Of a stretch of 64,000 nt of DNA, positions 34,322 through 44,400 are shown piece by piece (position 1 is the stretch's first letter; each line of letters opens with the position of its first letter). The position numbers and the translations under genes are program-made. A model generated the notes under the pieces. That model had not been told where the DNA came from and made no database searches. It saw only the letters and a list, made by a program, of their open reading frames with translations. Origin of the DNA: Pyrinomonadaceae bacterium (lineage in GTDB: Bacteria; Acidobacteriota; Blastocatellia; Pyrinomonadales; Pyrinomonadaceae). The stretch is from NCBI GenBank assembly GCA_035545035.1, contig DASZZL010000159.1, forward strand, positions 13,873 through 77,872, given 5' to 3'.

Positions 34322-35836
34322 ATGGCCCGATCCAGACTGCTAAAAAGCTTTCGCATTCGTTTATTGCTGCTCCTGGCAGCTCTGCTCATGCTGACGCTCA
34401 GCGTGCAGTACTACGTCAATTTGCGCGCTGTGCGACGCAACACCCAATTCATCGTCGAGCAACAGCAGGCCATCATGGCGGGTTTCGCGCTCGGTGTTAA
34501 TAGTCTCTCGAGCGGCGAGTATCTCGACCAAATGCGCGAGGAGGCAAAGCAACCGCTGTTGGGCGAGCAGGCTGAACGCGTGAAAAACATTTTGCGCGTT
34601 GACGACCAGGGAAACATCCGGGACAGCTTGGATAAAGAACTGATTCCGCGAAAGAACCCTGACAAGTCAGTTCATTACGTTAGGGTCAAAGATATCTCCC
34701 TGCCGCCACTGAACCCCGCCGTCGATCTCCCTTCTGATAACACGCCCCTCCCTGATGGCATGACGATCGGACCGCAGACCAAAGCAGGCGAACCGGGCGC
34801 TTTCTACTTTGCGGTCGACACAACCAGTGGTCGCCGGTACATCATTGTCGTGCTCGGCTCTGCCAGCAACTTGACGACTCTGTTGGAGCGCCAGTCGCGG
34901 CAGTCGCAGCTTTATACTCTCGCCGTCTTGCTTGCGACAACTTGCCTGACAGCAATCGTGGTGTGGCGCTTTACGCGTCCAATCAAATCACTGTCGGTTG
35001 GAGCGCGGCGCGTCGCCGGCGGAGATTTTTCTTTTCGCGTTCCCACCAGCGGACGGCAAGACGAGATGGGCGAGCTGACAGAGCAGTTCAATGAGATGAC
35101 GGTCAAACTTGGCCGGACGCGCGAACTGGAAACAAAACTTCACGAAGCTGAGAAGGCCGCAGTGGTGGGCCGGCTGGCGTCAGCGATCGCGCATGAGATT
35201 AGAAATCCGCTGAACTATATCAATCTGACGCTCGATCATTTGCGCGCAAATTTCGCTCCGAACGATGCGGCCCGGCAGGAAAAGTTCGCGGCTTTAACAG
35301 CGCAACTAAAGGCCGAAGTAGCGCGCATTAATACTCATGTCACTGAGTTCCTCAATTATTCGCGGCCGGCAAAACTCGAGCTGCAACCGGTCGATCTTTA
35401 TGCCGTCGCTCGCGATGCGCTGAGTCTGGTCGAACCGCAGGCGGCGTCAAGCAATGTCGAAACTCACGTCGATAAGCAGGGCGAAATACCGCCGGTCATG
35501 GCCGACTCTGAGTCGTTGCGTTCCGCGCTGACGAACCTCATTATTAATGGCCTGCAAGCGACGGATGGGACTGGCGGCAATGTTTCGATCGCCTTATCAA
35601 GCGAGGATCGAGGCCGGCGCGTGCGCATCGAAGTCAGCGACACAGGTCGCGGCATCGCGCCCGAAGATATCTCGAAAGTTTTCGAGCCGTATTATTCGAC
35701 GAATGAGACAGGAACCGGTTTGGGATTGGCGATCGTTAGAAAAGCCGTGGACGATCATCGCGGAACGATCTCAGTAAAATCGAAAGTAGGCGAGGGCACA
35801 ACGTTTACGATTACGCTGCCAACCAATCAATCATGA
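34322..35836 (+). CDS. Sensor histidine kinase (TM-sensor-HAMP-HisKA-HATPase_c)
   Basis: H-box SAIAHEIRNPLNYI, N-box LINGLQA, G-boxes DTGRGI and GTGLGLAIV. The stop overlaps the next start (ATGA). Confidence 0.9.
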   Translation: MARSRLLKSFRIRLLLLLAALLMLTLSVQYYVNLRAVRRNTQFIVEQQQAIMAGFALGVNSLSSGEYLDQMREEAKQPLLGEQAERVKNILRVDDQGNIRDSLDKELIPRKNPDKSVHYVRVKDISLPPLNPAVDLPSDNTPLPDGMTIGPQTKAGEPGAFYFAVDTTSGRRYIIVVLGSASNLTTLLERQSRQSQLYTLAVLLATTCLTAIVVWRFTRPIKSLSVGARRVAGGDFSFRVPTSGRQDEMGELTEQFNEMTVKLGRTRELETKLHEAEKAAVVGRLASAIAHEIRNPLNYINLTLDHLRANFAPNDAARQEKFAALTAQLKAEVARINTHVTEFLNYSRPAKLELQPVDLYAVARDALSLVEPQAASSNVETHVDKQGEIPPVMADSESLRSALTNLIINGLQATDGTGGNVSIALSSEDRGRRVRIEVSDTGRGIAPEDISKVFEPYYSTNETGTGLGLAIVRKAVDDHRGTISVKSKVGEGTTFTITLPTNQS

Positions 35837-37182
35837 CACGAAAAAGCATCCTTGTAGTTGACGACGAGAAACCGCAACGCGACATCCTGAACGATATTCT
35901 CACCCAAGCAGGATACGACGTTACCTCCGCCGCGTCTGGCGAAGCAGCGCTCAAGTTTGTCAAAGAGCACAGCTTCGACCTTATTCTAACGGATCTAAAG
36001 ATGTCAGGCATGGACGGCATCGATCTATTGAAGCACCTAATGGGGTTCGATTCGTCAATCTTAGTCATTGTCTTGACCGCACACGCATCAGTCGACACTG
36101 CCGTTGATGCATTGAGACGCGGTGCCTTCGATTACTTACAAAAGCCATTTGACCGCGACGTTCTGATTGAAACGATCGGGCGCGCACTCGAGAAGCGCGA
36201 TGAGTTAAATATCGAAATCGTATCAGCTTCACCAAAGATGGAAGCGGTGAAGAAGATGATCCTGAAAGTTGCGCGCTCAAACTCGACAGTGCTGATTCGC
36301 GGCGAGTCGGGGACAGGAAAAGAGTTGGTTGCGCGAGCAATCCATAATCAGTCTTCTCCTCGGTTAACGACGATGTTCCAAGCGGTCAATTGCGCCGCGA
36401 TTAACGAGAACCTGCTTGAGTCGGAGTTGTTCGGCCACGAAAAAGGGTCATTCACCGGCGCGCACGCTGAAAAGAAAGGCCTGTTCGAAGTTGCCGATCG
36501 CGGCACGCTCTTTCTCGATGAAATCGCCGAGCTTGATGTCGGTATGCAGGCAAAACTCTTGCGAGCTCTACAGGAGCACAAGATCCGTCGCGTGGGCGGC
36601 ACACACGAGATCCCTATCGATGTTCGCGTCATCGCGGCGACGAATCGCGATCTGCGAGCGATGGTTTCCGACGGACGGTTTCGCGACGACCTTTACTATC
36701 GCATCAACGTGCTTTCTGTTGACGTGCCGCCGCTGCGCGAACGCCGCGACGACATTCCCGTGCTGATTGCTTACTTTCTGAAGAAGCACACGCGCAACAC
36801 TTCGCGTCTGGTGAAGGGGCTGACAACTGAGTCGAAGCGGATGATGAACGATTACGGCTGGCCCGGCAACGTACGCCAGCTTGAATCGGCAATCGAGCGC
36901 GCAATTCTTTTGTGCGAAGGCGACATGATCACGCCCGACGATCTGCCTTCTGAATTGCAACAGGAATCGCGAGGGACAGCGGCCGGCGCTTTCAAGCTGC
37001 CGCCCGAAGGCATCTCATTCGAAGAAGTCGAAAAGAATTTGATCCTGCAAGCAATGGATCAGACCGATTACAACATCACGAAGTCGGCGAAACTCCTTGG
37101 TCTGACGTTTCGCACGTTGCAGTATCGTTTGGAGAAGTTTGGGATCAAGAGGCCTGACGGAAAAGGAGATGGCGAAGAGTGA
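35833..37182 (+). CDS. Sigma54-dependent response regulator (REC-AAA+-Fis HTH, NtrC family)
   Basis: DLILTDLKMSGMDG, Walker A GESGTGKE, GSFTGA loop, C-terminal HTH KSAKLLGLTFRTLQYRL. Confidence 0.9.
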   Translation: MTRKSILVVDDEKPQRDILNDILTQAGYDVTSAASGEAALKFVKEHSFDLILTDLKMSGMDGIDLLKHLMGFDSSILVIVLTAHASVDTAVDALRRGAFDYLQKPFDRDVLIETIGRALEKRDELNIEIVSASPKMEAVKKMILKVARSNSTVLIRGESGTGKELVARAIHNQSSPRLTTMFQAVNCAAINENLLESELFGHEKGSFTGAHAEKKGLFEVADRGTLFLDEIAELDVGMQAKLLRALQEHKIRRVGGTHEIPIDVRVIAATNRDLRAMVSDGRFRDDLYYRINVLSVDVPPLRERRDDIPVLIAYFLKKHTRNTSRLVKGLTTESKRMMNDYGWPGNVRQLESAIERAILLCEGDMITPDDLPSELQQESRGTAAGAFKLPPEGISFEEVEKNLILQAMDQTDYNITKSAKLLGLTFRTLQYRLEKFGIKRPDGKGDGEE

Positions 37183-37751
37183 ACCGCTCGTTTCTCGTCG
37201 CTTTGTGTTTGGCGTTAGCGTTTGTTTTGGAAGGCTGCACTCACGGCATTCATTCCGGAACTGGTGGCTGGCCGCCAGCTTCAGCGTCCAGCCCGGTGAG
37301 CATCTCATCATCCGCGGACGTGGTGAAAGTGCGAGCCGCGGATGTTTCGATTCCAGCAGGCGGCAATGCTGACGCGACGGTCACGCTTTCGATCTCTCCC
37401 GGCTATCACATCAACGCCAATCCAGCGACCTTCTCTTATCTCATCGCCACTGAAGTGCGGCAGGTCCCTGCGCCAGATGGAATTTGCGTAGTGACGGGGA
37501 AGATCGTCTATCCCGCCGGCATAAATAAGAAGTTCGCGTTCGCGGAGAAACCGCTGGCCGTTTACGAAGGCGAAGTCGTAATCAAACTGCCCCTCCACGT
37601 GCCCCGGCCGGGGGAGGGTGGATGTTACGGTTATTTGACCAAGGGGGCCCATGATTCGTTGCCAATCAACGTAAAAGTGCAAGCGTGTGACAACGAGAAG
37701 TGTTACTCACCCGCGACGCTGGACGCAACGATTACGGTGAATGTGAAATGA
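37179..37751 (+). CDS. DsbD-N/DsbC-like (PF11412-type) lipoprotein
   Basis: GTGA overlap with the upstream stop. Lipobox LEGC. PGYHINANP and VQACDNEKCYSP pair of Cys. Confidence 0.6.
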   Translation: MNRSFLVALCLALAFVLEGCTHGIHSGTGGWPPASASSPVSISSSADVVKVRAADVSIPAGGNADATVTLSISPGYHINANPATFSYLIATEVRQVPAPDGICVVTGKIVYPAGINKKFAFAEKPLAVYEGEVVIKLPLHVPRPGEGGCYGYLTKGAHDSLPINVKVQACDNEKCYSPATLDATITVNVK

Positions 37752-37760
37752 TCTCTGCCG

Positions 37761-37976
37761 ATGACTGAGCGCATCTGGATAATCGTGGCAGGTTTGTTTG
37801 TCGTGGCTGCCGCAGTGTTTCTGTGGCGAAACAATTTGTCGGCCGCATTCGTTTCTGCTGCATTAGGCGCGGTCGCGTGGTTCCTGAGTTATCGAAGTCA
37901 ATTGCGTGCAAGAATCGCGGCGGCCGAACGAGATTCTGGTGAACAGCAAACTTCTGAAGAGTCTGATGAAAAGTAA
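37761..37976 (+). CDS. Small two-TM membrane protein
   Basis: MTERIWIIVAGLFVVAAAVFLW..AAFVSAALGAVAWFLSY, acidic tail. Confidence 0.5.
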   Translation: MTERIWIIVAGLFVVAAAVFLWRNNLSAAFVSAALGAVAWFLSYRSQLRARIAAAERDSGEQQTSEESDEK

Positions 37977-38538
37977 ACGAACAATTCTTTCGCTGATCTT
38001 TTTGATTTTCGCTTTCGGCTGCTTCTTGCCGGCCAATTTGTTCGCCGGCGGGTCTCTATCCGACGCTGCTTTTACGCCTTCCGATCAAACGGACGTGCGC
38101 TCTGCGGTGGAAAGGATCTTCGATCAATTGAAAGGCGGCAAATACGAGGCACTGTATGACACTTTGCCCTCATCGTCGCGCGCGCGCATGTCGCGCGAGC
38201 GCTTCACGAGCGCCCTGCAAAAGACGCGAAATCTTTACCAACTGGATCGAATTGAAATTAGCGCCGTGCGCGTCTCAGGAGATCTGGCGGCGGTTGACAC
38301 AGTGATGTACGCGCACATCGCTCCACCCTTCAACGCCGATGGCAAGCTGGTTGTGCAGCAGTATCTGGTGCGTGAAGATAGGAGCTGGCGCGTGGCCACC
38401 GGCGATCGCGCAACCATCGACCGCTTCCTGAAAAACAATCCCAGCTTCGCGCGAAAGTTTCCGATCAAGCGGCCGCGCGCTTTCATCAAACAGGACGGCA
38501 AGTGGGTGGAGTTTCAACCGCCGGCGCGGCGGAAGTGA
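37966..38538 (+). CDS. Hypothetical exported (possibly lipo-) protein
   Basis: ATG 37966 overlaps the previous gene by 11 nt. MKSKRTILSLIFLIFAFGC. Confidence 0.55.
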   Translation: MKSKRTILSLIFLIFAFGCFLPANLFAGGSLSDAAFTPSDQTDVRSAVERIFDQLKGGKYEALYDTLPSSSRARMSRERFTSALQKTRNLYQLDRIEISAVRVSGDLAAVDTVMYAHIAPPFNADGKLVVQQYLVREDRSWRVATGDRATIDRFLKNNPSFARKFPIKRPRAFIKQDGKWVEFQPPARRK

Positions 38539-38540
38539 TT

Positions 38541-38655
38541 TTGCGGCTTCGCCGCCTGATGTGCGGAAGGGCTGTGCCCTTCGGGGAAACGGCACTCTTT
38601 TTCGGTGAGGCTGCGCCTCACCTCAATGCGGGCGAGACGCCCGCGCTCCCAGCAT
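38541..38655. repeat. REP-like hairpin cluster (family J)
   Basis: GCGGC-TTC-GCCGC, GAGGC-TGC-GCCTC, GCGGGCG-AGA-CGCCCGC. Confidence 0.65.
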
Positions 38656-38897
38656 CAACTCGAAAGCAAATCTTCAAACGATAACTGTGCGTCGTCAGTT
38701 TGCACGCCATGCGGGCCGGAAATGCGTGGCACGTCCAGCGCTTCGCGCACGGCGTCGAGATGGAAACGAATGATGCGCGGCGTCAAGCGCACGGAAGGAA
38801 TGCGACGTTTGGCAGCCAGACGACGCACAGTGGACTCGCTCACCTGAAGGACTTCGGCAAGCTGCTTCGCGGTTAGAAACTCTTCTCTGTCAGACAT
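38655..38897 (-). CDS. Excisionase/MerR-superfamily HTH DNA-binding protein (orphan)
   Basis: ATG 38897. FLTAKQLAEVLQVSESTVRRLAAKRRIPSVRL matches the excisionase-type HTH pattern. Confidence 0.65.
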   Translation of the reverse strand: MSDREEFLTAKQLAEVLQVSESTVRRLAAKRRIPSVRLTPRIIRFHLDAVREALDVPRISGPHGVQTDDAQLSFEDLLSS

Positions 38898-38908
38898 GGT
38901 CAAGTACG

Positions 38909-39045
38909 AGTCCCAGTCCCAGGTTTCAGGTCTCAAGCGCCAGGACTAATCGAACTCAAATTGATGCGTCATCGTAGCGCAAAGCACGCGCGACTCCCAA
39001 CACAGCCTCTGTTTTTTCTGAGACCTGAGACTTGAGACTTGAGAC
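38909..39045. repeat. Inverted 'word' repeats (CAGGTTTCAGGTCTCAAG vs CTGAGACCTGAGACTTGAGACTTGAGACC)
   Basis: The 38909-38937 and 39018-39045 arms are roughly reverse-complementary word arrays separated by about 80 nt. Confidence 0.65.
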
Positions 39046-39669
39046 CTATTTCGGGTTGGGTTTCACGGTCAAGGCCACGCGATAGACTGCCGCGCTGTCA
39101 ACCGCGACATCCTGTGAGGCGGGCTCTAGACCGTCGGCTTTCAGAGTCAGTCGATACCTGGCTGCCTCAGGCGGAAGCCGGAAAACGAACTCGCCGGTCT
39201 CGCCCGTGATACGAAAATCGATTTTTTGCATCGAGTTCTCGGCCACGATTCTGGCCAGTTCAACGCGGACGCCGGGAACGCTGCGACCGGCTTCGGTGAA
39301 GACGCTGCCGCGAATGAACGCGATCGAGCCTTCGTCAACGGAAAGAATCAGATGGTCGCCGAGAGTCCGAGTCTTGCCGGCTTTCACTTCCACGGGTTCG
39401 ATCGAGCCGACACTCAGTCCGGGCTTGCGAAGCGTGACTCCGTAGACGCCGGGAGCAACGCGCGCAATAACAAAGTCGCCTTTCTTATCAGTTGTCGTGC
39501 GCGTCACTTCGCGTTCACCCTGCCGCAGGATCACGGCCACGCCCGCGGGCGAACCCTTCTCAACGCGCACTTTGCCTTTGATGGCGCCGGTGGCTTTGTC
39601 CTGGGCAAGACACGAGAGCGAGAGGAAAAGCAATACGATCGTTGTGAAAACCGATTTGATGAGTGTCAT
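39046..39669 (-). CDS. Secreted protein with two carboxypeptidase-regulatory-like (CarboxypepD_reg) domains
   Basis: GAGGA RBS, ATG 39669, signal. GAIKGKVRVEKG..TTTDKKGDFVIARVAPGVYGVTL and SIAFIRGSVFTEAG..ITGETGEFVFRLPPEAARYRLTL. Confidence 0.75.
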   Translation of the reverse strand: MTLIKSVFTTIVLLFLSLSCLAQDKATGAIKGKVRVEKGSPAGVAVILRQGEREVTRTTTDKKGDFVIARVAPGVYGVTLRKPGLSVGSIEPVEVKAGKTRTLGDHLILSVDEGSIAFIRGSVFTEAGRSVPGVRVELARIVAENSMQKIDFRITGETGEFVFRLPPEAARYRLTLKADGLEPASQDVAVDSAAVYRVALTVKPNPK

Positions 39670-39963
39670 GTTGAATTCCTCGTCGGTGCCGCTCACGTTA
39701 GCACGAAGAGGCGGCAAGCAACCAGCTCCCCACCATCAGCGCCGTTAGGCGCGAAATATTTATAGACGAGAAGTATCACTTTCATCAGGCTCAGACAGAG
39801 AGCGACAAAGTGTCGCTCTCTGTCTGAGTGAATTGAAGCAAACCTTTTTCATCTATAAATATCGCGCTCCTGACGGAGCTTAAGAAGCCCGATATCGCCT
39901 GCGGCGTTGCCCGCGTAAGACATAGCGCGCGGAATTGTCGCAAGCGTATAATTGCCCCCGATC

Positions 39964-41022
39964 ATGTGTGCTGGTCTGACATCGTCTCGATTGCTACGGT
40001 TCTCTCTGTTCGCCGTAACGCTGGTCCTGATCGCGTTAACTTCATTTCCAGCCTTCGCCCAGGACGATCCCACGAAGAAAGAACGTCCGCGCAGAGTTCT
40101 TCCGACAACGACTGAGCCTCAGGACGTTATCAAGATCGATACGGATCTGGTGCCGCTTGACGTGACCGTCACCGACTCCAAAGGCCGTTTGGTTCGCAAC
40201 CTGAAGAAAGAAGATTTCAAACTATACGAAGATGGAATTGAGCGGCCGATCGCTTCTTTCAATGTCGAGAAAATCGAAGGCGCGCCGCGCCCAGCCGCGA
40301 TTGTGTTCGCGCTCGATCTTTCCGGCAGCATGTCGCCCGAAGAGATTGACCGGGTGGCTGATGCCATGCGCGAATTCTCGCGGCGGCTGTCAGAGCATCC
40401 GGCGGTGTTTGCAGTGATGACGTTTGGCATGCGCGTGAAGACAATTCAGTCGTTCACGAGCGATCGAGAGAAACTCGAGCGTGCTTACGATCGTCTGGCG
40501 CATGAGCCCAACGGAATGTCGACGCATACTTACGACGCGGTCGATGACGCAGTGCGCATGTTGGTGCGCCACGCGCCGCTGATGCGCGCGCATCAATTGA
40601 TGAAGCGAGCCGTCGTGGTGATCACCGATGGCTTTCCCGTGGGCGACACGGTTTCGCCCGACACGGTGATCGAACGCGCCAACGCCGCGGACACCAGCGT
40701 TTACGTCGTCACCATGCCTTCGTACACGCACCTGCTGGCGTCCGCGCGGATGACGCCGCTGCCGACGCTGCTCGATGTCAGCGGATTGGTCGAGAAGACC
40801 GGGGGCCGTAGCGTATACGCAAACGAAAAGGATTTAGGACCGTTGTTTCGAGCGATTGCCGAAGAAGTTGCTTCGGCTTACGTCCTGGGATTCTATCCGC
40901 CGGAAGAAAAGCGGAGCGACGGCAAGTTCCACACGATCAGAATCGAAGGTCCGGGTGGGATGACGCTGCGGCAAAGCCGGCCGGGATACCAGAGCCAGAA
41001 GGCAGGAGGCAGGAAGCAGTAA
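39964..41022 (+). CDS. VWA-domain protein of the acidobacterial VWFA-related type
   Basis: Signal, IKIDTDLVPLDVTVTDSKGRLVRNLKKEDFKLYEDG N-terminal module, MIDAS FALDLSGSM. Confidence 0.8.
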   Translation: MCAGLTSSRLLRFSLFAVTLVLIALTSFPAFAQDDPTKKERPRRVLPTTTEPQDVIKIDTDLVPLDVTVTDSKGRLVRNLKKEDFKLYEDGIERPIASFNVEKIEGAPRPAAIVFALDLSGSMSPEEIDRVADAMREFSRRLSEHPAVFAVMTFGMRVKTIQSFTSDREKLERAYDRLAHEPNGMSTHTYDAVDDAVRMLVRHAPLMRAHQLMKRAVVVITDGFPVGDTVSPDTVIERANAADTSVYVVTMPSYTHLLASARMTPLPTLLDVSGLVEKTGGRSVYANEKDLGPLFRAIAEEVASAYVLGFYPPEEKRSDGKFHTIRIEGPGGMTLRQSRPGYQSQKAGGRKQ

Positions 41023-41195
41023 CACAAAACATCGTTTTCCATTTGTTATTGGCCATTTTTCATTTGCCCCCATGTTCCGACGCCTAGAACCCTGACCAGA
41101 GACAGATCGCGGCAAATAAGGATTCCATCGGACAACAATGTCAGATGGAAAATGAAATTACGTGCTGCCTACTGCCTCCTGCTTACTGCCTTCTG
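40998..41195. repeat. Nested imperfect palindrome built from two word families (GGCAGGAGGCAG.. and TTTTCCATTT..)
   Basis: Outer arms 40998-41021 and 41163-41195. Inner arms 41033-41067 and 41141-41162. Lies between convergent genes. Confidence 0.6.
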
Positions 41196-41199
41196 TCTT

Positions 41200-41388
41200 T
41201 CAGTATTCGTCGTCCTCGTCGTCGTCATCGTCGTCGTCTTCATCCTGAACGATATCCAGCTCGACGGGATCGAGGCCGACGACCTCAAGTCCGATTCCAC
41301 ACTCTTCGCAATTCACCATCTCGCCTTTGTCCACATCGGTATCCACATGAACATCGGCATCGCATTCTGGGCATGTTCCGGTCGGCAC
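41200..41388 (-). CDS. LysW-like zinc-ribbon protein with poly-Asp tail (orphan amino-group-carrier-like protein)
   Basis: GGAGG 8 nt before GTG 41388. TCPECDADVHV..GEMVNCEECGIGLEVVGLDPVEL closely follows the LysW pattern. C-terminus is DEDDDDDDDEDDEY instead of EDWGE. Confidence 0.7.
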   Translation of the reverse strand: MPTGTCPECDADVHVDTDVDKGEMVNCEECGIGLEVVGLDPVELDIVQDEDDDDDDDEDDEY

Positions 41389-41479
41389 CTGTCCTACCTC
41401 CAGTGAAGATTGATTTATCTGCGCAGCCTTTTGAGAGCCGTACGCTTGTTCGCAGTAAGGTCTCGGATAAGAACCGCCG

Positions 41480-44400
41480 TCAATCTAACCGCAGCACGGC
41501 AGATTTTGCAATAGCTTTCTCATCGCGAGCCAGCAGTCTCATCCGCGCCTGCCGGCGAGCCATGAAGACGGCGGCAAATAACACACTGACTGCAACTATC
41601 GCCGCAGACCATTGACCCGAATCCATGATTGTCGAGGACGTAGCGCTCGTGGCTTTCGGATTCCGCGGCGCGGTGGCCGGCTCGTCAGCCACGGTGAAAG
41701 CTTCGCCTCGGCCTTCATTCGTCCGCAGCATCCGCTGCGTTTCCGCGAAAGAAAACGGTCGCGCTCCGCGTCGACCGAAAACGGCGATCTGGTTGCCGCT
41801 CTCGTCCACGGCGCGATCGCGATCGAGCGCTTTTGAAACGGCGAGCGCTTCGCCTTTCGTTTTAAACGTCGCGATCAGCTGCGGCTCGGGCCGCGGACTA
41901 AATCCGGCATAAGTCGCCATCGTTTCCGGCGAAGTGAGTTGCAGAATACGCAAGCCGTTCTTGCCATCAGCCACATAGGCGAACAAGCTTGCATTAGTCA
42001 TAGCGACCTTGACCTGGCGCGCGTCGTTCAATTTGCCGTCGGCGTTGTAGAGCTGATCGAGGCGCGGCTTCTCCGGGCTCTTCACATCGACGATCGCTAC
42101 GCCATCTTTTCCGTCGGCGACGTACGCGTATGTCCGCGCCACGTAAACGTCGCGCGCGTCACGAAGCTGAACGCTTGCGCCTTCGACAGAGTGCGCGCGC
42201 TCCGGTTCGGTGAGATCGATCACTTTCAAGCCATCATCGTCAACGACGAAGCCGTACCGGAATTGAATGGCGATCGCGCGCGGATGCTTCAATGCAATGC
42301 GAGTAGCAATCTTTGGGTTTAGCGGATCGTCGATACTGACGATTACCAACTCGCGTTCGGTTGTGATGTAAGCGTGCGTGCCCGCAATCGCGATGTTGTT
42401 CGCTCCTGTTAATACCCCATCCGGATTGAACGCGCCGTTTGAGTATTTCGGGGGATCGAGCTGGCGCTTCAAATAATTATTCAAAGGATCGCCGTCCAGC
42501 AATGTCGCGGCGTTGACCAGAATCAAGCCTTCGAACTTATCGACGACGTAGAGATAAGCGTAGAGTGGATGAATCGGCTGCTCTTCATTAACAAGTTTAT
42601 CAGCGCTCATCTGTTTGGCGGTTTCTGGATCAACCATCTTCCCGTCCGTCGTCATTCGCCAGCGCGCCGGATCCACCGCCAGTGTTGAGGGCGCGGCAAC
42701 CGCCGTCGCGTACCTTGTCTTCACATAAAACTTTTGCCCGAATGGCGAGACGGGCGCGGTCGTGATGCGTTCCGAAAATCCTTTCTGATCGATCTGCGCC
42801 ACATCGTAAACGCGCAAGCCGCCCTCGCCCGCCGCGACGTACGCGTACTCTCCGCGCAGCTGTACCTGCAGGACTCGCGGATTGCCTTTGTGTTCAAACG
42901 CAGTACGAAGCTCGCGATTATCGCTCACAAATTTCTTGTAATCGTCCGTGTACACGACCTTTTGCAGCGTGCTGCCAAACACGGCCTGCGGCTCAGTGTG
43001 TTCAGTGGCGACGACGGCTTCCAGCGCGTCACCTGACGCAACGTAAACGTATCGTCCCATGAAATTGACAAAGTTCGTGCCCTGCAAAAGCAGTTGCGCC
43101 ATCCACGCGTTGTTGTCGTTACTCTTCGAGACGTGACAATCGGTGCAGCCTTTGGTTTCCGTGGCGCGCACGGTGTGCGGCACGTGCGTATTGAAAGTTT
43201 GTCCCGAATAACCTTCGGCCGAAACGGTCTGCTGTTGCGAATAAATCCATTCGCGATTCTGATTCTGTGAACTGACCAGCACCGCGCTCGACGAACGCAC
43301 CGGCGCGATGCGATTACCAGTGACGGTCCCGTCTCGGCCGAGCATGAACACATCGTCGCGCAGCACCTGATAGTTGTAGGTCGTGAAGTTGCGCGTGTCG
43401 CCGCCTTCGTTGTGGCGGTTCGGCATCTTTCGATTCGCCTGCATCGACAGATGACAGCCAAAACAGCTTGTGATCCACGACGAGTGGCAGGCAAAGCACG
43501 TCATGTTCGAATCGCGATGCGCCAAAAGCTTATCGTCGACCGGCACGTCGCCCCAGGTCGAGTTGTCGGTGCGCATCGTTTTCGCATAGCGCGACTTCAC
43601 GCTGTAGTCTTCCGGATGCGGCGCGTTGGGATTGATGGTGTCGGTCGTTTGCTTGACGCGCCACCAGCGGCCGGGAACGACCATCGAGTTCTGAATGATG
43701 TCTCCGGCTTTCAGCGCGATGTCATTTCCGTTCTCGTCCTTTTTCTTCGTATCGTTTCTGATGGGCTGGAAAAGCGGCACCTTACCGCCGTTCGGATCGC
43801 GGAAGCGGATGTTTGCCAGAGGGCGCTTCGGGCCCTCTGCGAACTTTCCGTCTTTGACGCTCGTGCCCGCGGCAAATCCCGAGGTGAGCAGCGTCGCCCG
43901 TTCGCGAATCGTGCCATGACAGTCGATGCAACCGATCTCGATCGCCGCGCGCGGTTCGTTGTAGAGAATGCCGTTGCCGTGCGCGTCTTGCCGGAAATGG
44001 CAATCGACACAGTGCATGCCTTTCTCAAGATGAATGTCGTTGAGATGGACGGCCTTCTTGAATCGATCCGGATCGTCGGGCGGGACAATTCCGTTTTTTG
44101 CGTCGAGCAAGTTCCCTTCACGATCGCGTTTGAAAACCTGGCGAAACATCCAGCCATGTCCGTGAAAGTCTGCGAACTGCGCCCGCTTGAGCTGGCCGTT
44201 GAATTCGGCTGAGCCGGTCTGGTTTAAGAATTCTGGTTCAGACCACAGCCCGCGCAGACTCGACGCTTCCGGATTGCTGTTCAGCTTTTGCTGCTCTTCG
44301 GTCTGCGAAGGATTGTGTTGCTGCGCCGGATACATCTTTTCGCCATCGGTTTCGTTGTCCCACCAGATCAGACCTTGATACGACGCGACCATATTCTCGC

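Noticed and set aside
38560-38600. Sigma54-type promoter (GGCAC-N5-TTCG) near the NtrC-family regulator
   Set aside because: The match to TGGCAC-N5-TTGC is poor, it lies inside a REP hairpin cluster, and no plus-strand gene follows within 1.3 kb.
41145-41615. Plus-strand ORFs 41145..41615 and 41152..41406
   Set aside because: They lie antisense to the LysW-like gene, which has a strong RBS and zinc-ribbon motifs. They run through word repeats (CLLPPAYCLL) and the poly-Asp coding tract.
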